Program-made: the position numbers and the translations under genes
From: Cenococcum geophilum
Lineage: Eukaryota
DNA length: 64,000 nucleotides
Assembly: GCA_050273025.1 (NCBI GenBank)
Contig: CP158635.1
Coordinates: forward strand, 31,434,001-31,498,000
Direction: 5' to 3'
Shown: positions 12,801-26,600 of the stretch, one piece after another
Layout of the letters: each line of letters begins with the position of its first letter
How positions within the stretch are numbered: the stretch's first letter is position 1
Notes under the pieces: generated by a model
Database searches by the model: none
Seen by the model: only the letters and a program-made list of their open reading frames with translations
Told to the model about the DNA's origin: nothing

Positions 12801-15800
12801 GCAGTAGGATTAAGCAGCTAATAGTTGGGAAAAGTAGAGGCCTATAGGACTAGAGGGAGCCAGTAGTAGAGCCTTAGACCCTTAAGGGAATTTAAGGACA
12901 ACACCTAAATTTATAAGTTAAATGGCAAGATTAGTAGTTTAAGGTATTAATAGATAGTGGAGTAATAAGGAACTATATCTTGCTAGTAGCAGTTAAGAGA
13001 ATAGGATTACCTCACAGATAGAAGGAGGAACCTTACTTATTAGTTACGATTTTAGGAGATCTAATAGCCTATAGAGGAGGGATTATTAATCTTAAAACAG
13101 GACCTATTTAGTTAACTATTAAAGGGAGATAAATTAAGATGTCTTTTAATATATTACTATTGGGGAATAATAAGGCAGTATTAGGGATGCCTTAGTTATA
13201 GGAATATAATCTAAAGGTCGATTAGGTTACAGGTCAGGTCAATATTAAGAATACTTAATGCCATAAGATGTAATAATAAGCTAAGTTAGTATAGTTCTAA
13301 GTCGGAGCGATATATAAAGAGACTAAGTAAGGCTTAAGTTATATACTAAAGAGATACTATAAGTACGGCAAGAAACTATGGTTACTAGAAAGTAAAAAGC
13401 TATTAGAGTATATAGTATGGGACTATAAGATAGAATTAGAACTAGGAATAAGTCTAAGGTTTTTTCTAATCTATAAGCTTACCGAAGAAGAAAGTAAAGC
13501 GTTAAAAGAGTTTATCTAGGAAAACTTACGAAAGGGATATATTAAACTATCGCAGTTATTAGCGGGTTATCCAGTACTGTTTGTACTAAAGAAAAATGGT
13601 AAACTAAGGCTGTATATTAACTATAGACAGTTAAATAGCATTACTAGAAAGGATAGGTATCCTTTACCCTTAATTAGCGAAATCTAAGACAGGATAGGTA
13701 ACGTATAAATCTTTACGAAAATAGATTTAAGATAGCCGTACTATTAGATTAGGATTAAGGAAGGCGACAAATAAAAGGTAGCCTTTAGGTTAAAGGAAGG
13801 ACTATATAAACTATTAGTTATGCAATTTAGGCTTATAAACGCACTAGTAACGTTTTAGAAGCGTATTAACAATATATTAGGAGAATACTTAGATGAATTT
13901 GTTATAGTATATCTTAACGATATTATTATCTACTTAATAACTAAGGAAGAATATAGGGAACACGTTAAATAGGTCTTAAAAAGACTATAGGAAGAATAGA
14001 TGCTAGTAGCAATTAAGAAATGCGAGTTCTTTACTAGGAAGACCGATTTTGTTAGATTTATTATTAAACTAGGCCAACTTAGTATAGATCTAAAGAAGAT
14101 TAAGGCTATAGTAAATTAGTAAGAACTAGAGAACGTTATATAGTTAAGGTCGTTTTTAGGGTTGTGCAATTACTATAGAAGGTTTATAGTATAGTGGTTA
14201 AAGGATATCAAGCCACTTATGCGGTTAATAAAGAAAGAAGAACTATGGGCATAGGGAGAGGAATAAAGAGGACTCTTTAATAAAATTAAAGAGTTGTTTA
14301 CCTAAGAACTAGTTTTTAAAATCTATTAACTAGGATTAGAGATAGTTGTAGAAACGGATGCATTAGACTATATACTAGGGGCGTGCTTTATATAAAGGCA
14401 TTAAGATAGATAGCACCTAGTGGCATACTATAGTCGGAAGATAATACTACTAGAGTTAAACTATAACATTTATAACAAGGAGTTGTTAGGTATAATTATA
14501 GCATTAAAGGAATAGAGAGTATTCTTATAAGGTATAGAAAAACTATTTATGGTTAAAATGGATTATAAGAACCTAATAGGATTCCTAATAATAAAGAAAC
14601 TTAACCAAAGACAGGTTAGATGGGCAGAGATGCTTACGGAATACTATTTTAAGATTTAGTATACTAAGGGTATAGATAATATAAGGGCAGACGCTCTAAG
14701 TCGTAAGGCTAAACTATAATATAATGAGAAGCCATTAGGGGCTTTACTGCGAAAAGATATAGACGGACTAATTAGGTATAATCATCCAAAAATTATAGCA
14801 ACTTAAGAAGAACTAGATAAAGTCTATAAGATACTAGAGAGCTTTTAGGTATAAAGAATTCTAAAAGCATAACTAGAAGATCTATAAATGGATATATACA
14901 AAAATTGAGAAGTAAAGTATATCCTAAGAAGTATAGCAGAGCAATTTATGGAAGAATTCTATAAGGGATTGATTTAAGGGTATAATGGAGCTATGGGCTT
15001 AGTGTTAAGACTTTAGAAGGAGTATATTATTAATAGAATCTAGAATATCGCAAGGAAAGTAATAAAGGAGTATTTAGATTGTTAAAGGAATAAACTAATA
15101 AGGCATAAACTATATGGAGGGCTATAACCTATTAAAATACCAGAGAGACTATAGGAGGTTATATTATGGGACTTTATTATTAAGTTGCTAAAGTTAAGAG
15201 ATCCTATTACCGGACAAGATTATAACGCGATCTTAGTAATAGTAGATAAGCTTATAAAGTAGGGATACTTAATAGTATATACAGAAGAAATATTAGCAGA
15301 AGATATCACTAGAATCTATATTAAGGAAGTGTTCGTAAGACATAAAGTACTAAGTAAGATTATATTAAACAGAGATCTAAGATTTATAGTAGTATTCTAG
15401 GAAGTATTTTTAGCAGAGTAAGGAGTTTAAGTAGTAACTTCCACCGTATATTATCTATAGATAGACAGTTAAATGGAAAGATTAAATTAGACGCTAGAAT
15501 AGTATCTAAGGCATTATGTTAACTATATATAGAATAATTAGGTATTGTTATTACTAGTTACATAGTTTATATATAATACAACACCTTAAGAAGGAATAGG
15601 CATATTACTATTTAAGGCAAATTATGGATATAAGCTAAGAATATCGTTATTACTAAGATAAGTAAAGAAGATAAGTAGTATAGCTAAAGAAAGAATAAAG
15701 ACGTTGATAAATCTTTATATAGACCTTATAGAATTAGTAAAGAGAGTATAAAAGAGAATAAAAAAGTACTATAATGCTAGGAGATCTAAGGGACTAGATC

Positions 15801-16237
15801 TTAAGGAGGGAGATAAAGTATAACTACTACACAAAAATTTTAAGAGTTAACGACTAAGTAAGAAGTTGGACTACGTTAGACTAGGACCTTTTAAAATTAC
15901 GTAGAGGATTTTACCGGTTACGTTTAAGTTAAACCTACTAGCCAAAATAAAGATCTATCCTATATAGCATATTGCAATGCTAGAGCCAGTATATAGGAAT
16001 ATTAAGCTACCAGTTTACAAAGCAGACACGTATAGAGGATAGGAAGAAGATAAATGGCAAGTTTTAAAGATCGTTAGTTATAAGGACGTTAACGATAAAA
16101 CATAGTATAAGGTTAAGTGGATAGGCTATACTAAGACTACCTAGGAGCTACTAGAAAATTTAAAGAATACTATAAGAAAGGTACAGGAGTATTAAAAGAG
16201 ATTAGGTTAGGTAGCATTAATAAAGAAGAATTACTAA
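9871..16237 (+). pseudogene. Degenerate gag-pol of Gypsy A copy 2
   Basis: Start MPPKAAT at 9871. CCHC knuckle ~10876-10917, protease IDSG ~12950, RT YL(D)D ~13908, integrase ~14970-15600, chromodomain ~16050-16200. RIP stops throughout. Confidence 0.9.
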
Positions 16238-16821
16238 AGAATGAGTTACCTAAGGGGGACCTAAGAAGAGCAGTTGCTGAACTACTCGGATCTGTTTCCT
16301 TCTCTATTAGAAGAGAATCCGTTTTTTCATTACCTAGTTCCTATAAACCTTATTTTATAAGTTTCTACTCCTTAAAATAAACCTTTTTATAAACTTTCTT
16401 AAGATAAAGTAAATAAGCAGACGCTATGATTTAAGTATTTAGGGCCTTCTATTCCGCATTATAAGAATGTTTTAGCTTAGTAAGGGCTTAAGACAGTTTA
16501 CCATCTAGCCGCGTAGCAGTAGATTAAATACAAAACCCTAAGATAAATTAATTAGGGAATAAGACGACTATTAAGAGTAATAAATCGCGTATATTTAGCA
16601 TTAGAGGTAGAGCGAACGTTATAGGATAAATAAATATTCGCTTTAGTGCACTCTAAGCAAGAGAACGGTTATTATAAAGATAGGTTCGCCAGCGCAACAC
16701 AAACTAACCCCTCTTTTAAATAATGAGAATACGGAGACGGTATAATCTTACTAAGAGACAATATTACAGCAATACTGCGAGCACGACGTTGGGCGTGTGA
16801 GGAAGAAATTGCTTTAGGTAT
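16200..16821 (-). pseudogene. Antisense accessory gene in the 3' region of family A: Cys6 zinc-cluster-like motif plus coiled coil, putative intron 16538-16592 (homolog ~4260-5361 in copy 1)
   Basis: De-RIPed reading MPKAISSSHAQRRAR...PSP(C)SH(C)SKEGLVC...SCLECTKAN...S(C)NVRS, then a heptad-rich helix. Conserved in both copies. 3' end approximate. Confidence 0.6.
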
Positions 16822-19800
16822 AATGAGTAATAATGTTAACTAAATTAATTAAACGGATATTACACCTCTAGTAAACAACTTAGAGATATTTCAAAATTTT
16901 AAGGACGAAGATAAAGAGGAGGGAGATGGTGTTACGGACGCTTTAAGTACAATGTTATAACTACTTAGAGAAGAGACGAAAGAAGCTAGTTGGTTAATTT
17001 AGGCACGGTCCAGAATGGAACCGGTAGAGCTATATAATAAGGAATAGTAACCAAGGTTATATAATATGCTATATATTAAATAAGAGGAACGGGAGGAACT
17101 TACGTACCTTATATATAAGACGTACATTATATATAAGGAGGATTTCATAGGAGTATGGTTGTGTATTTAAGGACCCTTAGTCCCTACCTAGATAGTTCCT
17201 TCCTTATAGTGATTCTTAGAATATAATTGGAGTTAATCTGTTAGGCAACCACTCTACCAGTTATTATTACGTTGTTGACTTTTATACTTGCATTTCCTAT
17301 ATACCTAGCCTAATAACAGGACCTACCGTAGTTCTTACTACAAGGTTCTGTTACAACAGCGAAGATTATATGTTTAGGTTTCTTAGCAAGTTATACTAAT
17401 AAAGTAGCTCTAATTATGCGGATATCTAGGGTGCCGAGCTCGCTTGGATTATCTATAGTTTCTTATTTAAGTTTAGGTTTAGTATTAGGTACGGAGTTAG
17501 TATTAGACTTAGGTTTGGGTTCTTTAAAAATCCTTTTTATAGTAAAATACCAGTCCTTTTAGTATTTTCGCGTATTAAGCTTAAGCTTCTGCTTAGCTTG
17601 GGGCGGCATAGTGCTTAGTAATAGCTTATAGAATTTAGTAGAGTTTTCAGATCCTTAGTGGATATTGGTGAAATTCTCGTGTTAGTAAAATTCGGTGGAA
17701 TTCCTAGGTTAGTGGAATCTGGTAGATTCCTTAGGTATAGGGTAGACAGTCGTAGAAATTTTAGACTAGTAGATCTTAGTAGATTTTTCAGATTTTAGTT
17801 CTAGGTCTAAGTAGCGAGTAGTAAGGCACTTCTGCTTATAACAGGAGGCGGTAAATAGAAGCTTAAGGTTGTCCTAATTAATAGTTACCTTATATAGCTT
17901 TATTTAGGGCTGTCTAAGGATTACTAGATAACCTAGGGTAGTAATAAAGAGCTTAATTAGTTCTTCATAGTTTAGGTATTAGAGTCTTAGGGCTACTATA
18001 TAGGTAATACGGCCTAAGATAGTACGTTTACCATTAAATCCAAATACGTTAATATGCTAGTTAAGGGGGGTTAAGGTAAAACTATTATCTTACGCAAAGA
18101 TCTTATTAATAAATCCTATGCCGCTAGCTCCTGTATTAATTAGGATTTAAGTATTAGCCTATTAACTATTCTGCTAAAGATAATAGTTAACAGTTATACT
18201 ATAATCCTAAGAGTTAGAATTTGTAATATTTAAAGCATTTAATAAGACCTTAAGGCGGAGCCGTTCCGGAGAGCGACTTAACTCTAAGACGTACCTTTTG
18301 GTAGTAAGCGGAAAGGGGTTCCTATAGAACGTTAGTTATAGCTTCGCCCTTATAAGTAGTGCTTACTAAATATAGGGATAAAACTAGGTAAAAATTGGGG
18401 GCGGTAACCGGAAGATTAATACAGTAAACGGTTGCTAGTATTAGCCGTTCGTAAATCGTTTTAGGGCATAGGTAAGGGATAAGATAGTATTTTAAGATAT
18501 AGTTCTTACTTCTGCACTTAAAGTAAAGGCTTAGCTTAATACGTCTTTCTTATTTAGGGGACCCTAGTAGGGCGTACTCTAGGGTTCTAGTGTTAATATC
18601 TATAGCGTTAGGGTGCTTAGGCTAAAACGATAACTTAGTAGATATTTATAGGGTTGCTATATTATATTAGGGGGCGGACTTTGGTATTAGGTGTAGTATA
18701 TTATTATACCGTTTGTAATAACGTTTACGTAAGCATTAAGGGCTCCTAGTAGATCTATACCTATTAGAAAGGTTTTTAGTTTAGGGCTTAAAGATTTAAT
18801 AAGGCTATTAATTAATACGGAGTTGTTCTGGCCTATTTCCCTTATGTAACGGTTAAATTTAGAGAAGTATACTAGGAAACTTTTTATTCCTTAAGCTATG
18901 TGGTTTATCTTTCTTTAGGCAGTAGCTTAGCGGTTTAGGTTACTATATAAGGCTTTAAGAAGTATAACTAGGCTTTATACTAAGGTTAGCTAAAGAGGTT
19001 TAATAAGGTTAGCTGCCTTTTCTTTTAGTTAACTTAGGGCATAACAGAGTTAGTTAGCTTTAGTTAGGTAATGGTTAGCGTTACTAGTTAGCTTATTTTT
19101 AAACTAGCTTAGAAATAATTAGAGTTTTTATTATTTACTAGTAAATACTAGGGGATCTAGTAGTCGTTTAGATCGCTTTAGTATAGTAGTTAATTTAAGA
19201 TGGACAGTTACTATAGGTTTGGGGCTTGCGTTCCGTATATTTATCTCTAAAGATAGTGTTTAGTCTTAAGGTCCTAATATAGGCATCTTAAGTATATAGA
19301 TTTCTTCTTAGAGGTCCTTAATTAATCGCTAATATTATGCTTCTTATTCGGCTTATTATTAATTTAAAGTAGCTTAGTTTTATATAAGGGTGTTTATAAA
19401 AGACTTCTATATTTTTACTAGTTATTCTTAAAGTATAAATATAATACTAGCGGCCGTTATAGGGGCTTTAGGGTCGTTCTGTATTTTAGAGGTAGTATAT
19501 AAAGTTAACGCAATATAGTATTACGAAGTAAGTATAAGCGGCGATAATATATAGTAAGGTAGATATTATTAAGCTATATATATAAACTATATAAGGAGGT
19601 TAAGACGTTACATAAAGAAAGAAGGTAGGAAAATAGGAAAAAGGGCATATATTATTAACTTAATTACTTAGTTAATATATATATAGGGTAAAATAGGGCT
19701 TAGGTTATAGTCCTAGCAGAACTTAATAGAATTTAGTAAAACTTAGCAGAATATAGTAGAATGCCGTAGATTGCCGTTAGATTACTATTAGATTGCTATT

Positions 19801-20605
19801 AAATTACTATTTCGCGGTTAGTCTTTAATTGCTAAGTTAGTAGAAATAGGTAGACGTATATAAGGTATTATAAGGGTGTCCTATAATAAATACTATATAT
19901 AATAAAGACTTTAAGTAAATAAATAGGGTATAGGTTAATATATATATAAGGAAATAGGCTTATACTAAATAGTAAATAAATACAATTTATTTAAAATAGT
20001 AGTAAGTTATAACTAGCGGCGCTAGATTATAATAAAGTGGCAGATTACTATAACTATAATAAACTAAAATATAACACTACTACGTATTGCCCTCTACGCG
20101 CTAGCTACCCTTTATATTCTATATACTATACCCTCTACCTTAAAAGTAGGTAAATATTATAAGGAATTAGGCTTTTATATAGTATAGAAAAAATATTATA
20201 TAAAGTAGGACCCTATACTATAGTAAGGCAATTTAATTACCCTATTATAAAGCCTAATAAATAGTTAGACCGCCTTCCTAACTTATTATTATAAGTTAGT
20301 TAATATTATAGGACACCCCCATAACACCTTATACATATTTACCTATTTCTACTAACTTAGCAATTAGAGACTAACTATAAAATAGCAATTTAATAGCAAT
20401 CTAATAGCAATTTAACGGCAATCTACGGCATTTTACTATATTTTGCTAAGTTCTACTAAATTCTACTAAGTTTTACTAGGACTATAACCTAAACCCTATT
20501 TTACCTATATATATATTAACTAAGTAACTAAGTTAATAATATATACCCTTTCTTCCCGTTTTTTTACCTCCTTTTTTTATATAATATCTTAACCTCCTTA
20601 TATAG

Positions 20606-23600
20606 TGTTAGTCATATAGGGTGACTCACCAATAACGACTACTTGAGTAGGGTTACAGTGATGTTAGTTAATAAAGCTTATTAATTGGAATAAGGGAGGG
20701 CGAGGAACTTAAGGCTCCTCGCCACGCTAGTACCGCGGCGACACGTAATGGCAACTTACCATTACGTGACGGCAGTTTGCCGTATGTGGCGGCAACTTAC
20801 CTCATTCCTAACACTAGCAACTCTTCTTTTATAGTTGCCATCTATATATAAATACTGCTTAACTATCGTAACAAATATAAACCCTCCTTGCTTGCTATTG
20901 CTATTATAGTATAAGTCTCGCTATCCTAAAATTTACCTCTTAGCACGCGGTGCTTTCTTACTAAGGAGTTATAGGTAGATATTATGTTAGGGCCGTTAGG
21001 GCCGCTAAGGCGCTAGCTATAAGCAAGCTAATAGCGATTTTCTATCCCGGGGATAGAAAATCCTAATTAGCTGGTTTAAGTCAGGGTTTGTAGAATCTAA
21101 CTAATTAAACAACTTTAACCGCCGGTTAAAGTTCCTAGATATTTTAAAGCCTTACATAACTAAGATATTTCTAGGGACTCCCTTTTTACCTAACCTTTAA
21201 CTTATATACGTAGAGTATTTATATTAACAAACGTCTCTAGTGCCTTATTTAGGTTTGCCTTTATTATCGCATCTACTAGGTTATCTTAGCCATTAATCTA
21301 TTAAATCTTAAAGAGTTCTTAACGTTTATAGGATTAATAAAGTACTATAATATTAATTATAAGGCGCTTCTTCTTTATAGTACTAAGCTTAACTAAATAC
21401 TTATAAAGGGAGTATAAGTTAGTATACACAATTATAGGGATAATAGGAAGTTTGAGTTAATTTATAATTATCTTTAGGGTAGTTCTAATTATAATTGCCA
21501 TATTAACTCCGTTAACTATTCTATATATTTCTAACGCTAGAATGCTTTAAGTAACGCGCTTACTTTTAGTTAAGCTCTAATAAATAAGGTTACTATAGAT
21601 CGTGAAGTCGTTTTCTCTAGTAAATTCGTTCGCGATAATAATCTTATATCCTAACTAGGAGCTAAAATCTTTATTATTTATAAATAATCTATTAATAAAT
21701 ACAAAGAGCTTAGCGGTAGGAAGACTAATAGGCATATAGAGTAGTCCCCAATTAAGATAGTTTATTTGCTAGGAAAGACATTTATTTAGGGTAAGAACGT
21801 CGTCCTTAGTTAGTTCTTAGTATTAGGCGGCAATAGAGAGATTAAATAAAGCCTTAGGTTAATAGATAGAAGTAATATAAGCTCTATAAGCACGTTACTC
21901 TATATATCCTTACTTTGGGGAATTAACATTAATAACATTAATCTTCTTACCTTAACCCTTCTAGCGTAAAGCAATAACATCCTCATTTAGGAAGAGGATG
22001 TATTTATTAAAAAGTAATAGTGTTATTAAATTAAGCTTTTCCTTTAGCTTTGCTATAAGATTTGCCCTTACTAGCTTATCTTCTTTAAGGGCTAAGAATC
22101 GGTCGTCTCCTAAGATAATTATATTATTAGTTTATATACTAACAATTCTAAATAGGGTTCCCGTAGTTATAATAAGAAAGCATAGATTAAATATAAAAGT
22201 AGTTATTAAAAGTTTCTCTTTATAGTGCTTGCTATAGGTAGCCTACTAATAGGTTCCTACCTCTGCAATTCTATATAATAGCTTAAGTATAACCATAATC
22301 GTATCCTTGGGATATTAGTGGCAAATTTACTCTAAAAGGTATGCTAATATTAAGCGCTAAAGGTGCGTCTCTAATTAAGTGTAGGCCTAAGTAATATCTT
22401 ACAAATAAACCGCCATTCTATTCTTTATTAAGGAGGAAGCTAGCGTAATAATAACTCGCTAACTAGCTTATTAAATTATAGGAGATTACATAAGGATCAC
22501 CTCCTTACTATTATTGTTATAGCCTTAGATAACAAGCCTTAATTTCTTAAATAGGGCGTTAGTAGCTTTACCCTTAATCTTATTAACTATTCTTAACTTA
22601 AAGATGCGAACTTTATTAAACTTAGTATAGTTATACTTCTTGAATTTAAAGACTCCTTTTGCAATAAGACTATTAATCTCCTGCTTATTAGATGCTTAGA
22701 AAGGAGCTCTTGGAGTTATAATATAACCTTTCTTTTAGAGCTGTTTTGCGAGCTTAAAGTTAGCCTTCTCCTTAGTTGTTATAAAGGTCATTAATAGCTT
22801 AATTCTGTTTTTAATAGCGGCAACAAATTACTCTTTAAAATTAATAAGATATTAGCGGTTTTATAATCCCTTTAGGCGACCTCTACCGCGTTATAGTTGC
22901 GGCATATCTACTATAATTATATTAAAATCGTTATTACCTTCTAGAGCACATTAATTGTGGCTCTCCTTTAGGGCATTTTCTATAGCATCCTATAAAGGCT
23001 TAGAACTGTTATCATTATAGTAAGGCTTAATAACGGTTAAATAGAATTAAGTGGGTCCGTAAGGTATTTAAATAATATAAGTTTAACCATTAATTATAAT
23101 AAGTTAATATAGGCCTAACTATCCTCCCTTTTTACGCTATATGTGTACCTTAGACTAGAGTGGCAGGTCGAGCGTAGTTAAGATATTTAGGCTATTTCTT
23201 ATTCCTAATACGTTGTTAACCTAGCATATAGCGTAGAGACGTTATACCTCCTTTATTACCTTATAAATAGCCTTAGCTTATTATATAACAGAGAGAGATA
23301 GTGGAGAATTATTAGTTATTTAAGGGTAGGCGCTAAAGACTAGTAATATAGGTATAAGTCTATCCGGGCTAGCGGAATTATTAATAGCTTTAACAGCTAT
23401 TTATAAGGTAAGTTCTTTACTAGCATCCTTTAGTTCTAAAGAGATAATCTTATATACGCGGCGTAATAGCGCGTAATATCGCTCTACTTTTTTAATACTA
23501 TTATATGCCTTAATAGGGACTTCCTTAACCTTAATTGCTATTGCCTTTATTTATTATCGGAACTCTATAAATAAGAAGTTCTTTTCTATATTATAGACGA

Positions 23601-26600
23601 TTTAATTAGGGGGTCCTAGGTAGATATTAATCTAGTATAACTAAAGGGTATCCTATATGTTCCTAGCTAATATATCCTTTAAGAATTGTGCGGCTTAGAA
23701 GGAGGTTAAGAAGTTAATAACTTAAAGTACTGGCTTACCGCTAAGGTATATAACGTTGACGATAATATAGAAGTTAAAGTTGTAGTTATCTTTAAGGGTA
23801 AACTTAAATCAGCTAGGGGACTTCTGGTTTATTTAGTAGTTATAGTAGTACTTTATAAGGTACTTAATTACCTTAACCTTAACTTTATAGCCTACTTACT
23901 AAAGAACCCTAAATAATTAATAAACGGATAGGTAACTAAAACGACGGTATAGTTAACGTAACTCTAACTTAGTTAGGTGGCTTTAAGTAACACTCTTTTC
24001 TAGTTAATAAAGGAGCAACTAGGGGTAACCCCACTTGCGTATAACGGGCACCCAATTATCTCCCTAAATAAGTATATTCTCGAGGTTATTAAGCTTAATA
24101 CCTAATTTATTTATATTTTTAATATAAAATAGAAATAGGGTGTTTATAGGGACAATATAGAAAGTAATATACCCTAGGGGGGTTTAGACCCTAATTATGC
24201 TAAAAGAGATTATAGTACCCTTGCTAAAACAAATCGTATATTGGCCTACCGTTAAATAGTTAATTTAGATAGAGCTATTAAGCTACTAAAGGGCTTAAAC
24301 TTAAGGTTCTCCTACTATAGATACTCCTGCGGCTTTAGTATCTAGTATAATACTATAGAAGACGTTCGCCGAGTATCTGTTATTAAAGGAGAACGCGAAA
24401 CTCTCCCTTAGCTTATTAAAGATATCTAACTTTATAATAGAATGGAGTGTAAATTGGTTATTAAGAATAGTAACAGTTTATATACTATTTACCTTACTAT
24501 ACTTAGTAAAGTATTAGTTAGGAGAGTAGTCCTCAATTTCCATATCTATAAGGAGCTATTCGGCCTTATTAACCTTACCCTTAAGATCTTTTACGCCTTT
24601 ATATTAAACCAGGAAGCTTTAGAAGTAAGCTGTAGTAGCCTTATAATTTTTAACATTTTTTATACTTTAGCGAAACTTATTATATACCTCCTTTCGCTTA
24701 TTAAGAGAATGCCTAGTTAACTAGCAATTCGGTTTCTTATAAATATAGCACTTCTTCTAGCAATTACTTCAAAATAAACCTCTATAAGGACCTCCATCTT
24801 TACCTTATAGTCATTAATTATACCCTCTACCGTATTACCTACTATGGCTACTATATATTTAATTAGTCCAATTATAATTATATTGGCCGGGCGGGTTAAT
24901 CAAAGTAGGTTAAAGTTAGGCGTTAAATTATTATACTTTTTAAGAGCATAAAGCGGTGCTAATAGAAGATCTTAATTAAGTATATACTCCTTTATAAGTA
25001 TTTACAGGATTAAAGAGAGTAAGGTTATATTCTTTAACGCCTTAGCATACACTAATAACTTAATTACGTAGGCTAAAATCCTCTTAATATAATTTGGATA
25101 AACTACGCTAAATCGTCTAAAGTTAATTAAAGAGCTTTTAAAGATAATTAAGCTAAGGGACACCTGGGTTTATAGCAATAATCCTTAAAAAGGTAGTCTC
25201 TCTCTATTCTAATATATACTGCTACTTATTCTCTTTTATTTTAAAGTGGTATCTTAATATATATATTATACGGTTAAAATTATATCCTTTTCCTACCAAA
25301 CAATTATAATAGAAGGTACTAGCTTGGCCCTTAAGTATAACGGAATAGGCATTATAGTATTAATTAGACTCTATTCCTACCTTCTAGTAATAGTTATAGA
25401 AGATATATAGTTTTAAATTAAGAACATTATATAATTCCCCACTAAACTTCTTCTCCTAATTTAAGTAGAGCTTCATAAGCTCTATAAACAATTTTAAACT
25501 ACCTCTAATTTAAGATTAAGGTAGAGGAGGTAAGAGTTATATTATAGGCTATAGTAGGGATATAGGTCTAGTTGGTGGAGTCTAAAGGTTATTAAATTGC
25601 GAAGCAATAGGATCTTATACCTGCTCTTATTAGGGTATAATATCCAACGTTAAGGTTACGGGTTAAATTAGATATAAAGGAGTTAAAGGTAGAGGTAGGT
25701 TTATCTCTAGAGGTATATTACTTAGGTTCTATTATAAGTTAAGCTTCCTTATAGTGCGTAGTTAGTACTTAATCTCTTATAGAGTTTATTCGTGCTCTTC
25801 TTTTACGTTAATAACCTGCTCCTAAATATTATCTCTAATAGTACCCCCATCCTTAGGGACAAATACTCTATTCTCCTAAAGGAAGTTATAGAAGTCCTAT
25901 ATAATATCCTTATTTATAGGGGCCTATATTTCCTTTATCTATCTAATAAAGTCCTCCTTTATATATTCCCATAGCGCGGTATTATTATATTTACTATCCT
26001 TATAATATACCATACAGTATAATAAAAATCCATTTAAGTCTTATTTATTAGCGTTTATAAGGTTAATTATAGCTTTGTTCTATATCTTTAGGTTAATATC
26101 TTCCTTATACTTCTTTAGGTAGGTTAACGCCATAGTAGGTATAAAATTAACGGGGTGTCGTATATTAAAGGTAGGTAAGATTTTCAGTTTTATAGGATCT
26201 CATAGGTTTACTATCAAGAGGTAGGCAATTTAAGATATTGTTTAACGCGTTTTAGATATCATTTAACGCGTTTCGGACGTTAACTTAGGACCCTAGGTTT
26301 AGTAACACTTCTAACCTAAAGTACTTAACTAAATCTTTATAAACGCGGTTATTCTACATAATAAACGCAACTTAGTATCTCCTAGTACTTAGTAACACTT
26401 CTATTACTAGTTTTCCGCAAGTTTAAGGTAGCATAGTATTGCCGGGATCTATTCCATATAAGCGCATATGGCACCCCTATATAAGACTATCTCTTCTATT
26501 CGAAAACCTAGCTGCTCTATAGTTAACTGTATATTTAACCACTAATCAGTATTAGTTACACAGGGTAACTCACTAATAACAACTACTTGAGTAGGGTTAT

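Larger units (their letters stand above)
9401..17355 (+). mobile_element. Ty3/Gypsy chromovirus family A, copy 2, full length 7955 bp (LTRs 9401-9826 and 16930-17355)
   Basis: 426-bp TGTTAC...GTTACA LTRs. TSD ACAGC on both sides. PPT before the 3' LTR. Host family B sequence resumes colinearly after it. Confidence 0.97.
5959..19888 (-). mobile_element. Ty3/Gypsy chromovirus family B, copy 1, full length (LTRs 5959-6329 and 19519-19888), interrupted by family A copy 2
   Basis: ~370-bp LTR pair. TSD AATAC (5954-5958 / 19889-19893). PPT complement at ~6331-6342. Degenerate gag, PR, RT, RH, INT and chromodomain on the minus strand. Confidence 0.95.

Noticed and set aside
19894..20020. Possible H...H / GE..HK transposase motifs in the host fragment
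   Set aside because: The candidate motifs fall in different frames with wrong spacing and need heavy de-RIPing; not supportable without an HMM search.
21998..25974. Short plus-strand hydrophobic ORFs (60-92 aa)
   Set aside because: They are antisense to the RIP-mutated Copia pol, and their I/L/Y/K-rich composition is typical of RIP noise.
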